A DNA stretch of 64,000 nt from Candidatus Bathyarchaeia archaeon (GCA_038882955.1 JAVZNC010000004.1:96001-160000); one strand, 5' to 3'. Positions 28,684-39,079 are shown, counted from the first letter of the stretch. Numbers and translations: made by a program. The notes: generated from the letters alone by a model not told the origin.

Positions 28684-29236
28684 TTTTCCCTTCCAAAACC
28701 TTTGAAGCTTCACGCAGCAATAAAGCCGTTGCCCGCTTAAATTTTGGATAAAGCAGTTGGGAAGCCTCAAGATATTCTTTAAATAAGCCATCATTCACGC
28801 CTTCACAGTTTACAGTTTCAGTTTTAGGCTTATCCGCTACGCCTCTCCTCTCTTTCATTTTCCTCAGCAAACTTGTAGGATTCGTTTTAATTCCCATTTC
28901 CCTAAGCTTTTCAGCTATACGCCTATAACCTAACCCTTCCTTCTGAAGCTTCTCAATAAGTTGAAACGTCTGCTCATTCCACATGATAGGCTTCAATTCT
29001 TTAGGCTGTTCTGAAGGTTCAAGCGTAAGCGTAGCCTCTGTTTGGTTATTACTGTTAGGCTTCTTTAAGAAAAAGAATAGTTTGCCATTATAAGATTGCT
29101 GGAAAACCTTAACGCCTTCCGCCTTCAACTGCTCATTCCACTCGGATTTAAAAGCTGAATGCGGAATCAAAAGGCAAGCGCCAAAATCAGTCATTTCCTC
29201 TGGATAGGATTCACTTAGGATTTCGTATAAAACCAT
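28670..29236 (-). CDS. HTH-containing hypothetical protein
   Basis: GLGYRRIAEKL..GIKTNPTSL HTH. Confidence 0.7.
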   Translation of the reverse strand: MVLYEILSESYPEEMTDFGACLLIPHSAFKSEWNEQLKAEGVKVFQQSYNGKLFFFLKKPNSNNQTEATLTLEPSEQPKELKPIMWNEQTFQLIEKLQKEGLGYRRIAEKLREMGIKTNPTSLLRKMKERRGVADKPKTETVNCEGVNDGLFKEYLEASQLLYPKFKRATALLLREASKVLEGKNGNA

Positions 29237-29523
29237 TTTACCCCTAAAAATAAATATGCAATTCCAAATTTAAATTTTAATATTTATGTTTAAATATGCT
29301 TCAGGTATGCTTCAAAGCATATGCGGTATATATTTATGTTAATTAAATAGGTGACAAAAATCGATAAAATTCTGACTTCTTCTTGTTTAATCAACAATTC
29401 ACTTCCTAAAAGAAAATAAACGGAAATAAAACGATATTTAAACTTAGAGAAGCTCAAAATGAAGAGATTTTCTCCTATAAAAATTAATTAAATTCACATG
29501 TGAAATGATGATTTAGGCAACTG

Positions 29524-30171
29524 TCACGTTTTCTTCGTTTCCCTCTCAATTATGTCTAAAGCGAAACGCCTAAGATAGTTGAAGCCCGTCTGGTAGCTTT
29601 CCAAATCTAAACGCCTCTGCACTTTAAAAGCACCTATAATGGTTGAGTCTTGTTTTATGATGTCCGCGGCTACGGTTTCCCTGAACAAGTGCATCCAGAT
29701 TTTAGGCGATAAACTTCTCACTATGTTGAACAGTTGCCTATCGGATAAATGTTCATTTGGAATTATGACTATGTTTCCAAACACGCTTCTAACCGAAGGG
29801 AAAAAATACTGTGGCTTAGGCTGTAAACCGTTCAAGTAGCTAAGATATTCCAATATTGGCTTTGCCAAAGGCTCAGTTAAGGATACGCTTTTAATTGACT
29901 GTTTCGTTAAAACCGTCTTCTTCCGTTTCTTCAAAAGCGTGAAGCGGATATGAAGCATACCCTCTTCAACTTCAAAGTCGCTTAACTCAAGCCGCGCTAA
30001 TTCGCTTCGCCTTTTACCTGTAAGCCTCAAAATGCAAAGTAACGCTTTAGCTCTCAGCTTGAAAAACACGTTTGGTATGGCTTCAGCTTTAGCTAACAAT
30101 TCGCTAAACTCTTCCTCGCTAATCACAGTTTTTCTCTGTGTTCTATCCAATAGCCCTCTAACATGCGTCAT
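29524..30171 (-). CDS. Short tyrosine recombinase (catalytic domain only)
   Basis: TGKRRSEL, LKK, HLFR and C-terminal FNY; no core-binding domain. Confidence 0.82.
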   Translation of the reverse strand: MTHVRGLLDRTQRKTVISEEEFSELLAKAEAIPNVFFKLRAKALLCILRLTGKRRSELARLELSDFEVEEGMLHIRFTLLKKRKKTVLTKQSIKSVSLTEPLAKPILEYLSYLNGLQPKPQYFFPSVRSVFGNIVIIPNEHLSDRQLFNIVRSLSPKIWMHLFRETVAADIIKQDSTIIGAFKVQRRLDLESYQTGFNYLRRFALDIIERETKKT

Positions 30172-30247
30172 GTTTCATTCTCTCCCTGTAATGTCTAATG
30201 AATCTAACAAAAGCGAAGCGAAAAGGCTAGAGCCGTCGATCACAAAG

Positions 30248-30397
30248 TCATCTGACATAATCACCTACCCTCTTTATTCTACGCTTATCCTTCTCTAAAC
30301 ATTCATTTATCATAACGTTCTCAAGCTGAAGCTGATACAAAACTTCACGGTTAATCTTGTATTCTAAACTACGCTTCCTTCTCCTTTTTTCACTCAT
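30248..30397 (-). CDS. 49-aa basic hypothetical protein
   Basis: GTGGTG RBS, MSEKRRRKRSLEY...; followed by a possible 27-aa ORF (30175-30258). Confidence 0.4.
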   Translation of the reverse strand: MSEKRRRKRSLEYKINREVLYQLQLENVMINECLEKDKRRIKRVGDYVR

Positions 30398-30482
30398 TCA
30401 AAACACCACTTTCCATAAATTGAAAAACAAAAAAGGAGTTAGTGTGGGTTTTAAGTGGAGAAATCTCCACTCTCAGCCGATT

Positions 30483-30502
30483 TACCTCACCTCGGCCACT
30501 TT
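30483..30502 (+). repeat. att site (right), TACCTCACCTCGGCCACTTT
   Basis: Exact copy of 22081-22100. Confidence 0.93.
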
Positions 30503-30540
30503 CGTTTTGGTTTGTCATTGCTATTTTGTTTTGTAGGCGC

Positions 30541-30555
30541 TTATTTAGGTTTTTG
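30541..30555 (-). promoter_or_regulatory. Probable original tRNA-His promoter (BRE-TATA), displaced by the insertion
   Basis: CAAAAAC-CTAAATAA ~44 nt upstream of the duplicated tRNA 5' end. Confidence 0.45.
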
Positions 30556-30874
30556 AGTTCGTCAATTTTACGTTTTATTATGTTGTTAAATTGATAGCCC
30601 CCTCTAGTTTTTCTTTGCGGGGCTTGACGTATCTAATTTTGGAATATGGATTATATGAACTTGTGGACATAATGCTAATTGGTGGCCCATCCTTGAATGA
30701 GAAGAAGCTTCGCAAGATGCTTGAGAAGATGGTTATTCTAGCAGTGCTGTTGAGGAAATTCTTAAGTGGTACACTTCTAATCCTTCGAAATAATGGGCTT
30801 GCGGCTAGTTGCGTTTTTGATTAAAGTTTATATGTGCAGTTTTACGTTTAGATTAAATCAGCGGAAGTGTTTGT

Positions 30875-31540
30875 ATGAGAAAGTTTGGGTCTCTTGCTTT
30901 GCTGCTTGTTGTTTTGCTTTCAACGTTTGCTTTGGCATCCTCCACAGTTGTTGCTGAATCGCTTGTACACGAGGAGATTATTGTCGTTTATGCTATCCCA
31001 CCGCAGGACGACTCCATGAGTAATTCGCATTATGCACTGCTTCCATACCATTGGTATACGACAATTAATTATTGGATAAACCCGAAAAACAAGTATGGCT
31101 TTTCCACTTCGGCTGTTGTTGCAGCAATAACAATGTCGGCTGAGACTTGGGATGCTGAAACAAGTTTTGAAGTTTTCGTCTACAAAGGAACAACCACCAG
31201 AACGGCTGGGAAACGCGACGGCTACAATGTAGTTTCCTGGGGCGCTTATCAAGCTGGCGTTATCGCGGTAACCTACATATGGGCAAGTGGAAGCCAAATC
31301 GTTGAAACTGACTGCCGCATGAACACCTATTACGTGTGGAGTTTGACTGGCGAGGCTGGGAAGATGGATGTGCAGAACATTATGACGCATGAGTTTGGAC
31401 ATTGGTGTGGCTTAAAAGACCTATACAACGACGCTGATTACTGGCTGACAATGTATGGCTACGCAAACTTTGGAGAAACATATAAGCGGACACTTGGACT
31501 GGGCGACATCCTAGGACTACAAGCAGTCTACGGTCCATAA
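30875..31540 (+). CDS. Secreted metzincin (matrixin-like) metalloprotease
   Basis: Signal peptide, HEFGHWCGLKD and Met-turn TMYG. Confidence 0.85.
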   Translation: MRKFGSLALLLVVLLSTFALASSTVVAESLVHEEIIVVYAIPPQDDSMSNSHYALLPYHWYTTINYWINPKNKYGFSTSAVVAAITMSAETWDAETSFEVFVYKGTTTRTAGKRDGYNVVSWGAYQAGVIAVTYIWASGSQIVETDCRMNTYYVWSLTGEAGKMDVQNIMTHEFGHWCGLKDLYNDADYWLTMYGYANFGETYKRTLGLGDILGLQAVYGP

Positions 31541-31588
31541 AACTAAGCATCCACATTTTCTTTGATTGTGAGCTGCGCTGCTGTTTAA

Positions 31589-32491
31589 ATGTTATATAGG
31601 GCTTGTTTGCAAAGTTGTGTTTCGGTGCTTTGTTTGATTGAAAGCGTTTGCATAAACGTTTTGGTTGACGATGTTGCCGGTGCTGAGGGTGGAGCTAGGC
31701 TTATTGCCAGACATGGCTTATCAATGTTTGTGCAAGCTAAAGCAGAGGACGCGGATGTTTGTATTCTTTTGGATGTTGGCGCTTCTGCGGAGGCTTTGTT
31801 GAATAATGTTGACGTTGTTGGCGTTAATCTTCGAAAGACTGACGCGATAGTGCTTAGCCACGGCCATTACGACCATGTGGACGGTTTGATTCCACTGCTT
31901 AGAGCAGTTGGCAAGAGCGTCCCAGTTTTTGCCCATCCAAGCGCGTTTTACCCAAAATTTTCTTACACGAAAAAGCTCAGGTTTATAGGCGCTTCTTTTG
32001 CGCTTTCGGATGTTAAGCAGGCTGGGGGCGTTCCGATTTTGACTAGGAATGCTGTTAAGATTGCGGAGGGTTTAATGACCACCGGCGAGGTTGAACGTGT
32101 AAATGATTATGAGAAGCCTAAGGGATTTTTAACTTTTGAGGATGGGCGTCTCATTGAGGATGCGCTTGTGGATGACCAAGCGTTAATTATCAATTTGAAG
32201 AGTAAGGGTTTGATAATTTTAACTGGCTGTGCACATTCAGGCATAGTCAACACCATTTGTCATGCACAGAGGGTTGCTGGAACAAGGAAAGTTTATGCCG
32301 TTCTTGGCGGCTTCCACCTTGCCGACGCAACAAACCAGAGGCTACGTAAAACAATTGACGCCTTGAAGGGTTTCAGCCCAGAATTTTTTGGGCCTTGCCA
32401 CTGCACTGGAAAGAAGGCCATTCGAAGGCTAACTGAGGCTTTTGGGAGTAAATGTCGCCAAATAAAAACTGGAGACGTTATAAAGTTTTAG
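31589..32491 (+). CDS. MBL-fold protein, MJ0301-like (methanopterin biosynthesis family)
   Basis: HGLS, SHGHYDH, DDQA, GCAHSG, GGFH and HCTG motifs. Confidence 0.85.
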   Translation: MLYRACLQSCVSVLCLIESVCINVLVDDVAGAEGGARLIARHGLSMFVQAKAEDADVCILLDVGASAEALLNNVDVVGVNLRKTDAIVLSHGHYDHVDGLIPLLRAVGKSVPVFAHPSAFYPKFSYTKKLRFIGASFALSDVKQAGGVPILTRNAVKIAEGLMTTGEVERVNDYEKPKGFLTFEDGRLIEDALVDDQALIINLKSKGLIILTGCAHSGIVNTICHAQRVAGTRKVYAVLGGFHLADATNQRLRKTIDALKGFSPEFFGPCHCTGKKAIRRLTEAFGSKCRQIKTGDVIKF

Positions 32492-32492
32492 T

Positions 32493-34505
32493 TTAAGCGC
32501 CCATAAATGGTGAAAGTATTCTGTAGGCGATTCCGCCGAGTAGTAGAGCTAAGCCAACGTCAACAAAGGCTATTGTCAACGCCTTTTTCCATCCGAATTC
32601 TCTTATGCACGCGGCTATTGTGGCTATGCATGGAATGTAAATCATGACCACAAGCGAGAAGACAATCATTTGGACAGCCTCTAAATTCGCTAGTGTCATA
32701 CCTTGCTGTAGCAAAGCGCTTTCGAGGAGAATTAAGGCCAGTTCCTTGCGTAATACACCGAAGATTAATGGTATGCCCGCTGCCGCTGGAAGCCCAAGCC
32801 ATCCACCTATGAGTGGCTCTAATGCGTTGACGACGTATACCATAAATCCAGACAAAGCTAAGGCTTCCATGATTAGGCTTCCAGCAACAATTATTGGAAA
32901 GGCCACATAAACAAAGTCCTTTGTTCTGCTCCAAGTTTTTATTGCGATTAGTTTTGCTGAAGGCTTTTTGTAGGGCGGCATCTCCATAATTAGGCCCACT
33001 GGCTCGCCTGGAAGCGCCTTGAACGCTATTCTGCCCAAGACAAAGACGAGTATGAGGTCAAAGGCGTATAGGGCTAGTGCCGCATGTAAGCCAACATATC
33101 TGCCAACTAAGCCGAGGATAACGACGGTTCTTGCTGCGCATGGAATTAGTATAACAACAAACGCCGTTAAGAAACGTTCGCGTTCGGTCTCCATCATCCT
33201 ACAGCCTATGCATGCGGGGACGCTGCAGCCATAGCCAAGCATTAGCGGGATGAAAGCTTTTCCGTGCAATCCTATTTTGTGCATGATGTTGTCCATTAGG
33301 AATGCTGCCCTTGGCAGGTAGCCGCTGTCCTCCAAAAGCGCCAACATCACGTAGAAGGGTATGATGTAGGGCAAGGCTATGGTTATTCCTGCAACTATGC
33401 CTCCGACCAGTCCATGATTGATTAGTTCTACTGCCGTTGCAGGAAGGAACCGCGACAAAGCATTTGTAATGTATGCGGTTAGGCTTTCGAAAATTGTGTT
33501 CATGGCTTCGGAAAGCATGTTTCCACCGACAAATATTACAGTGAATATTAGCGCTGCTACCGCTGCTAAAATTGGGTAGCCAAGCACCTTATGTGTTGTT
33601 ATCGCGTCAAGCTTCTGTTCTAGGCTTATTCTTGGCGGAGACTCTATTATGACCGTTTCTTTTGCAATCTTGTTTGCAAGCGAATACCTTTCAGAAGCCA
33701 AAACCACGGGCGATGGCTCCCCATGTATTTCTTCAAGTTCCGAAGCTATTTTTTCCGTGTAATTCAGAACATCGCTTCCGTTTTCATAGTTTTTCAGCTT
33801 TCCAGCAACGTCAGCGTCTCGCTCCAAAAGTTTTATGGCAATCCACCTTGCAGGATAAACAGTGCACAAGTGGGCAAGCTTTTCTGCAACAATTTTTTCT
33901 AAATTTTGGATTTTTTCTTCAATTTCGCCTCCAAACCTAACCTTTAAAGGGTTAAGTTTTATCTCGCCATTTATCACCATAATAACTGTTGAAAGTAGCT
34001 CGTTTATTCCGCTTCCAGTTATGGCTACTGTTGGAACGACTGGAACCCCTAAAATCTCGGAAAGCTTTTGTGCGTCGATTCTCATGCCCTTCTTGGCTGC
34101 TAGGTCAACCTGATTTAAAGCAACAATTATTGGCGCTTCAAGCTCCAAAAGCTGCAGCGTAAAGTACAAGTTGCGCTCAAGCGCCGAAGCATCCACCACG
34201 TTAATTATTATGTCTGGTTTTTCAACAGCAATGTAATCGCGTGAAACGATTTCTTCCATGGAAAACGTGGAAAGTGAATATATCCCAGGCAAATCAATAA
34301 CGCGGATTTTGTAGCCTTTAAAGTGGAGCGTTCCTTCAGCCCTTTCAACGGTTTTTCCAGGCCAGTTTCCAACAATCTGGTTTAAGCCCGTAAGTTGGTT
34401 GAATATGGCGCTTTTTCCAACATTTGCGTTTCCAGCAAGCGCTATCCTTAGGGTTTTTCCTTCTCCAGAATCTTTGCTTTTTGCTTGTATGTGGCAGCTA
34501 GCCAT
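32493..34505 (-). CDS. feoB: Ferrous iron transporter FeoB
   Basis: GNANVGKS, NWPG and DLPG GTPase motifs plus TM domain. Confidence 0.97.
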   Translation of the reverse strand: MASCHIQAKSKDSGEGKTLRIALAGNANVGKSAIFNQLTGLNQIVGNWPGKTVERAEGTLHFKGYKIRVIDLPGIYSLSTFSMEEIVSRDYIAVEKPDIIINVVDASALERNLYFTLQLLELEAPIIVALNQVDLAAKKGMRIDAQKLSEILGVPVVPTVAITGSGINELLSTVIMVINGEIKLNPLKVRFGGEIEEKIQNLEKIVAEKLAHLCTVYPARWIAIKLLERDADVAGKLKNYENGSDVLNYTEKIASELEEIHGEPSPVVLASERYSLANKIAKETVIIESPPRISLEQKLDAITTHKVLGYPILAAVAALIFTVIFVGGNMLSEAMNTIFESLTAYITNALSRFLPATAVELINHGLVGGIVAGITIALPYIIPFYVMLALLEDSGYLPRAAFLMDNIMHKIGLHGKAFIPLMLGYGCSVPACIGCRMMETERERFLTAFVVILIPCAARTVVILGLVGRYVGLHAALALYAFDLILVFVLGRIAFKALPGEPVGLIMEMPPYKKPSAKLIAIKTWSRTKDFVYVAFPIIVAGSLIMEALALSGFMVYVVNALEPLIGGWLGLPAAAGIPLIFGVLRKELALILLESALLQQGMTLANLEAVQMIVFSLVVMIYIPCIATIAACIREFGWKKALTIAFVDVGLALLLGGIAYRILSPFMGA

Positions 34506-34797
34506 TCGACTCTTTCCTCAACGGTTTGACGAAAATTTTTGAGGCTACACCGTAGCCTAGGGCTAGGGCTACGCCTCTGACTTCTACTTCGACTGGACCG
34601 CGGAATGGACACTTTTTGGTGAGTTTAACTTCAACTCCTGGGGTTAATCCCATCTCTGCTAGTCTTCTGATTAATCCAAATCCGCCTATGGCATGCGCCA
34701 CAACGCCTTTTGCTCCTTCTGGAAGACTTGTTAGAGAGACTATTTGCGCATTGTTTTGCTGGTCTTGCTTTCTGTCTTTTGATTCCATGGTGTTCAC
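34498..34797 (-). CDS. feoA: FeoA
   Basis: RRLAEMGLTPG...VRG motif. Confidence 0.93.
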   Translation of the reverse strand: MNTMESKDRKQDQQNNAQIVSLTSLPEGAKGVVAHAIGGFGLIRRLAEMGLTPGVEVKLTKKCPFRGPVEVEVRGVALALGYGVASKIFVKPLRKESNG

Positions 34798-35462
34798 CTC
34801 TTCGCTTTTGCTTTTCTAACCCAGATTCGTGAAACATCCTCGTTGCTTAGGCTGCTTTCTTTCCCGGCAATGCACAAAATCATGCTTGTGGGTTTTCTTT
34901 TTACGATGTGTATTGGGGCGCCTGGCTTTATTCCGATGTTTGCGAATTTTGTGAGCGATTGGCGTTTTTCATCTGTTATTTTAGCTACTATGACTGTTTC
35001 GTTTATGGCTGTCTCCGCGAGCGGATAGCATGATTCCTCTTCAATCTTTCCGTTTTCTGTGGGTATAGGGTTTCCGTGTGGGCAAAACCTTGGATGTCCA
35101 AGTTTCCTTTCGAGAAGCTTTACGATGTCTTTTGAAAGTGCGTGTTCAAGTTTGCAAGCGCTTTCGTGAACCTCGCTCCACTCAGCCTTCAAAATATCTG
35201 TTAATAGCCTCTCGGCAAGCCTATGCCTTCTCAAAACGTCCAAAGCCAGCTTTTCGCCTTCGGCTGTGAGCCTAACGCCCTTGTATGGTTCATGCCTAAC
35301 CAAACCATGCCTTTCCAGATGCTCAATAGTGTTGGTTATGGAGCCCGGCACAACATTAAGCTCCTTGGCTAGTTCAGAAGTTTTAGCAACTCCGCTTCTC
35401 TTTTGAAGTCTGTAAATTGCCTCGACGTACTCTTCAGCCTCGCTTGAAAGCTCAACGCTCAT
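34794..35462 (-). CDS. DtxR/IdeR metal-dependent regulator
   Basis: EEYVEAIY, RHRLAE, LEH and CPHGNPIP motifs, FeoA-like tail. Confidence 0.93.
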   Translation of the reverse strand: MSVELSSEAEEYVEAIYRLQKRSGVAKTSELAKELNVVPGSITNTIEHLERHGLVRHEPYKGVRLTAEGEKLALDVLRRHRLAERLLTDILKAEWSEVHESACKLEHALSKDIVKLLERKLGHPRFCPHGNPIPTENGKIEEESCYPLAETAINETVIVAKITDEKRQSLTKFANIGIKPGAPIHIVKRKPTSMILCIAGKESSLSNEDVSRIWVRKAKAKR

Positions 35463-36067
35463 TTTCTTGCAGCCTCAAATTACGAGCTCTCGTAAATTTA
35501 AATGAAGCGCAGCCCGATAAACCTTTCGCAAGCTCGAAGCAAAACGAAACTTAAATAATCATGAAAACATAAAGCAAAGCAGGACAAGGTTCTATTAAGA
35601 AACTATTATATTGTTCGCTAAAAATCCATGCCAAAGAGAAAGTTTGTATCCTGTTTCACGTATATGTTGCTGTGTAAGGATGTAAAAATTCATAAAAAGC
35701 GTTTACTTGTGTTTGCGAAAAATAGACGAATCGTTTAAAATTTAATAAAAAATGAAAAATTAGACATCTAAAAACTGTGTTTTTACAAGAATTGTTTGAC
35801 TGCCAATATAGCATTTTTTTCTATTAAAATAACGAACTGCGAATTTACAGCATAACATGCTTCCAAGCTACATTCCTAGAAAAAATCCAAGAATTTCGGA
35901 AATATGATGCCATGCTCACCCATGTTGATGCAATGGTTCAATCGGAAGTAAGGGAGTACCTAGGTAGAATCAATGTTTTCTAGGGGCAATGGTTTCCAAT
36001 ACCATACTTATGAAATCTTTTAAGTGTCAAATTAAGTCCGAGCACTGCAAACAGATTCTTTTTGAAT

Positions 36068-36487
36068 TTACCCTTGTTCTCCTATTACTTGGATTATTAC
36101 TGTTCGTCTTCTCGGATAAACGTCGGTTTCCACAAAAATGAGTGATTGCCATGTTCCAAATTCTATTCTGCCGTCTATTACTGGAAGCGTTTTGTCTGGT
36201 GGCAGTAGCACTGACCTTAGGTGTGCGTGGGCGTTTGATGGATGCGCATATCCGCCATGTTTTGGAACTATTTTTTCCAGGAGGGCTTTTATGTCGTTTA
36301 GTAGGCCGTGCTCGTTTTCTGTTAGGATTAGTATTCCAGTTGCATGCGGCGCGAAAACGTGGACTATGCCGTTCTTTATTCCCGACTTTGAAACTGCCTC
36401 TTGAACCTTGCTTGTTAAGTCCACGAAGTCTATTTCGCCTTTTGTTGAGAAGCTTACTGTTGTGTTAAAGATTTTGAAGTTAGACAA
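36068..36487 (-). CDS. YjbQ/UPF0047 family protein
   Basis: HATG, NAHAH and GTWQ motifs. Confidence 0.9.
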   Translation of the reverse strand: MSNFKIFNTTVSFSTKGEIDFVDLTSKVQEAVSKSGIKNGIVHVFAPHATGILILTENEHGLLNDIKALLEKIVPKHGGYAHPSNAHAHLRSVLLPPDKTLPVIDGRIEFGTWQSLIFVETDVYPRRRTVIIQVIGEQG

Positions 36488-36496
36488 GCCCCCTTT

Positions 36497-37045
36497 TCAC
36501 TCCAGCATTTTCGCCATAATCAACTCGTCTATGTACTCGCCATTCTTGAAAAACTTTTTTGGAACACGCCCAGTAACGGCAAACCCAACTTTCTCGTAAA
36601 CGTGGATTGCACGCTTGTTGCTCGCGAACACGGATAGCGTCAAAACCTTCAAGCCCATTTCACGCGCCTTCTCGATTAACGTTTTCATTATTTCCGTGCC
36701 GATACCAACATCCCTAAAGCCATCCTTAACTATTATACCCAAAACACCAACATGCCTCGCAAAACCGCTGCGCGGATGAATATCAGAAGACGCAACAATT
36801 TTTCCGTCAACCTCCGCCACAAGATAAAAAGCCTCGCCCTTCTCTACACTCGCGAGCGTTTTAGAAAGCCAGTCAATCTCCTCATCTCTAGAAACCCTTT
36901 CAGTCCTAAGAATATCAGCGCCTTCCTCAACAAGCGAATTAATCAGCTCCAGCAAATCGTCCAAGTCTTCCCAATTAGGAGTTCGTAGAACAACACTCCG
37001 CCCGTCCTTGACGTTAAAGGTCCTTATGATTTTACCAGTTTTCAT
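36497..37045 (-). CDS. GNAT acetyltransferase
   Basis: RDVGIG and NKRAIHVYEKVGF motifs. Confidence 0.88.
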   Translation of the reverse strand: MKTGKIIRTFNVKDGRSVVLRTPNWEDLDDLLELINSLVEEGADILRTERVSRDEEIDWLSKTLASVEKGEAFYLVAEVDGKIVASSDIHPRSGFARHVGVLGIIVKDGFRDVGIGTEIMKTLIEKAREMGLKVLTLSVFASNKRAIHVYEKVGFAVTGRVPKKFFKNGEYIDELIMAKMLE

Positions 37046-37209
37046 GATAGTAAATTGCGTAGCAAAACCTTTAACACTTTCCAATTTTCAAAAGCTTTCG
37101 TCGATGCTTTTGTATACGAAAGCCGAGACTGGTGACTCTGAAAAAGCCATGGTGATACATAAAAGCCAAAGGTATTCCAAATACAACCAACACAACCAAA
37201 AAGCAAAAC

Positions 37210-38610
37210 TTAAACATAACAAAACGAAAAATCTAAAACATCACGCCTACACCAAACAAAGTAAACACAAGCATCCGCAGAAATTTCCTGACTGTTAGAA
37301 TGCTTTACTGGAAACTTCCGTTTTTTTACGATACGATACAAAAATAAGGTTGAAACACTCAGAAGCAGTAGTATACATCCGTACAATGCAACATTTTTCG
37401 TCACCTCCACCACCGTGTAATATTCCGAAAACTTTTCTAAACTTCCAGAATAATTAAGTGGTGCTGTTACAGCTGCGTGTCTGTCACTTGCCCCTCCTAA
37501 AGCATCTATTTTAAATTCTAGACTTATGTCAATGCTATTCGATTGCGATGGAGATATCCCCCAGTTTATAGATTTGCTTTGTACCAAATATTTGTCATTT
37601 TTCTGTTGATCGTAATCCACGTAGCTAACAATGTTGTTACCTATTCGTGCAATCCTACACTCTGTTGAATAGTACCATTCTATGCTCTCATTCTTATAGG
37701 GTGAAACAAAATTTATATGATATGTTGGCGTAGATGCGAAATTTGAAATAAACCATTCAGCCGTCTCATTAAAATTCCAGAAGTGATAATTGCGTGTCGT
37801 AAGCGTCGTGTTAATCCAATCTAAAATATAACTTGTGATTCCTTCCTCGTAACACCAGTCCCACTCAAACTGAACACAAACATAACCAAAAGGAAAACTT
37901 CCTGCCAAACTATTATCAATCATGTTCAAAAAGTAAGTTTTTGCCTTATTAACATCGCCTGAAAAGACGCGCTTAATTAAGTTTAATGGATGCAATTGAA
38001 TGCTATGAGCATATTTAAAAGAAGCAATCCAATCCCATGAGGCATGAGGCAAAATAATAATGCCCCTTTGGTTTGATGGAATTAGAACATGAGTATCTGA
38101 AGCGTAATAAGGCATTTGGAACCCTCCACGCATACTCATGTAATCGATTATCCACTGGTCAAAACAATAACCTTGATAGTAAACGATGCCTTTAGAATAG
38201 AGATACCGTGCGGTATAAGTGTCGGGTATATAATCAAAAACTCCTTTAGGAGTGCAACCCAAACTGTTGTTATACTTAACTATTGTCGCGTCAACTTTAG
38301 CTTCTCTTTCCGTGGGTGAAAGTTGCTGGACATATGCCAAACGGGGAATTATTTCACCATATTGCTTAAGCTTACTTATTCTCGTGGCATTGCTCAAAAT
38401 AGAATCTTCAGCGCACTCCCAAATGCAGAATGTAAAGTGGGAAAAGTTCAGCATATCTAACCAAGATGCTAATGCGTCAAAATTAGATGCGTCATCTATT
38501 ATAACGCTGAAATTTACAACATCCGTTTTTTCACTATTAACCGAAACTTGGTTAAAATTTTGGAAAACCAAAATTGTAAGAACAAAGAAAATTAAGCGCT
38601 TATCCAACAA
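37210..38610 (-). CDS. Membrane-anchored extracellular protein, possible polysaccharide-deacetylase/GH-like barrel
   Basis: Signal peptide, IIDD start of barrel, aromatic-rich, C-terminal TM; AT-rich. Confidence 0.5.
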   Translation of the reverse strand: MLDKRLIFFVLTILVFQNFNQVSVNSEKTDVVNFSVIIDDASNFDALASWLDMLNFSHFTFCIWECAEDSILSNATRISKLKQYGEIIPRLAYVQQLSPTEREAKVDATIVKYNNSLGCTPKGVFDYIPDTYTARYLYSKGIVYYQGYCFDQWIIDYMSMRGGFQMPYYASDTHVLIPSNQRGIIILPHASWDWIASFKYAHSIQLHPLNLIKRVFSGDVNKAKTYFLNMIDNSLAGSFPFGYVCVQFEWDWCYEEGITSYILDWINTTLTTRNYHFWNFNETAEWFISNFASTPTYHINFVSPYKNESIEWYYSTECRIARIGNNIVSYVDYDQQKNDKYLVQSKSINWGISPSQSNSIDISLEFKIDALGGASDRHAAVTAPLNYSGSLEKFSEYYTVVEVTKNVALYGCILLLLSVSTLFLYRIVKKRKFPVKHSNSQEISADACVYFVWCRRDVLDFSFCYV

Positions 38611-39079
38611 TAATTCGCCTCAAGCAGTCTTCGTATAGGGATTAGCCAAAAACGCTTTATAAGAAATACGTTGCGCTGCAGTCAAAATTGGTGCATTGAA
38701 AAATAGGCAAAATTTCGAAGCACAGCGAACTACGCAATTCTTTGTTTAGTATGGAGATTTTCGACAGTTTTTATATGAAGCTCCCGTGAAGTCCATGCTT
38801 CTGGTTTAACTGGCAAGATGAAAAGCAATAAAAATGCTTCTTTTCCAGTTTTAAGCCTAATTTTGGCTTCTAGAATTTTTGTTCACTCTGACTGTGCATG
38901 CAGCCTTTCGCGTGGAAAATATTTCGGATTGAAACAGCCAAAAAATGTAGTTTTAATTTGAAAATGCCGCTTTAATTTTGTCAATTTTTTATGAAGTTTT
39001 TAAACGGTTCTCGTTTGTAAGCCTTATAGACTCTGGTTTTGGTATATTGCCGATTTTGAAATAACCGCTATTATACCTC

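Larger units (their letters stand above)
22081..30502. mobile_element. Integrated ~8.4-kb PolB-encoding element in tRNA-His
   Basis: 20-bp direct repeats, integrase at the border, second recombinase, PolB; visibly more AT-rich than the flanks. Confidence 0.92.

Noticed and set aside
22081-30502. Casposon
   Set aside because: No cas1 and no terminal inverted repeats; the boundaries are att direct repeats with a tyrosine integrase.
22081-30502. Complete provirus
   Set aside because: No recognisable capsid, membrane virion protein or packaging ATPase; a satellite lifestyle cannot be excluded.
30591-30824. 77-aa ORF or possible frameshifted small gene (LRKMLE / DGYSSSAVEEILKWY in two frames)
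   Set aside because: Pseudogene, sequencing error and chance cannot be told apart without homologs.
35760-35771. TTAGA-CA-TCTAA as a DtxR operator
   Set aside because: Only 5-bp arms in AT-rich DNA and ~300 bp from the dtxR-feoAB start.
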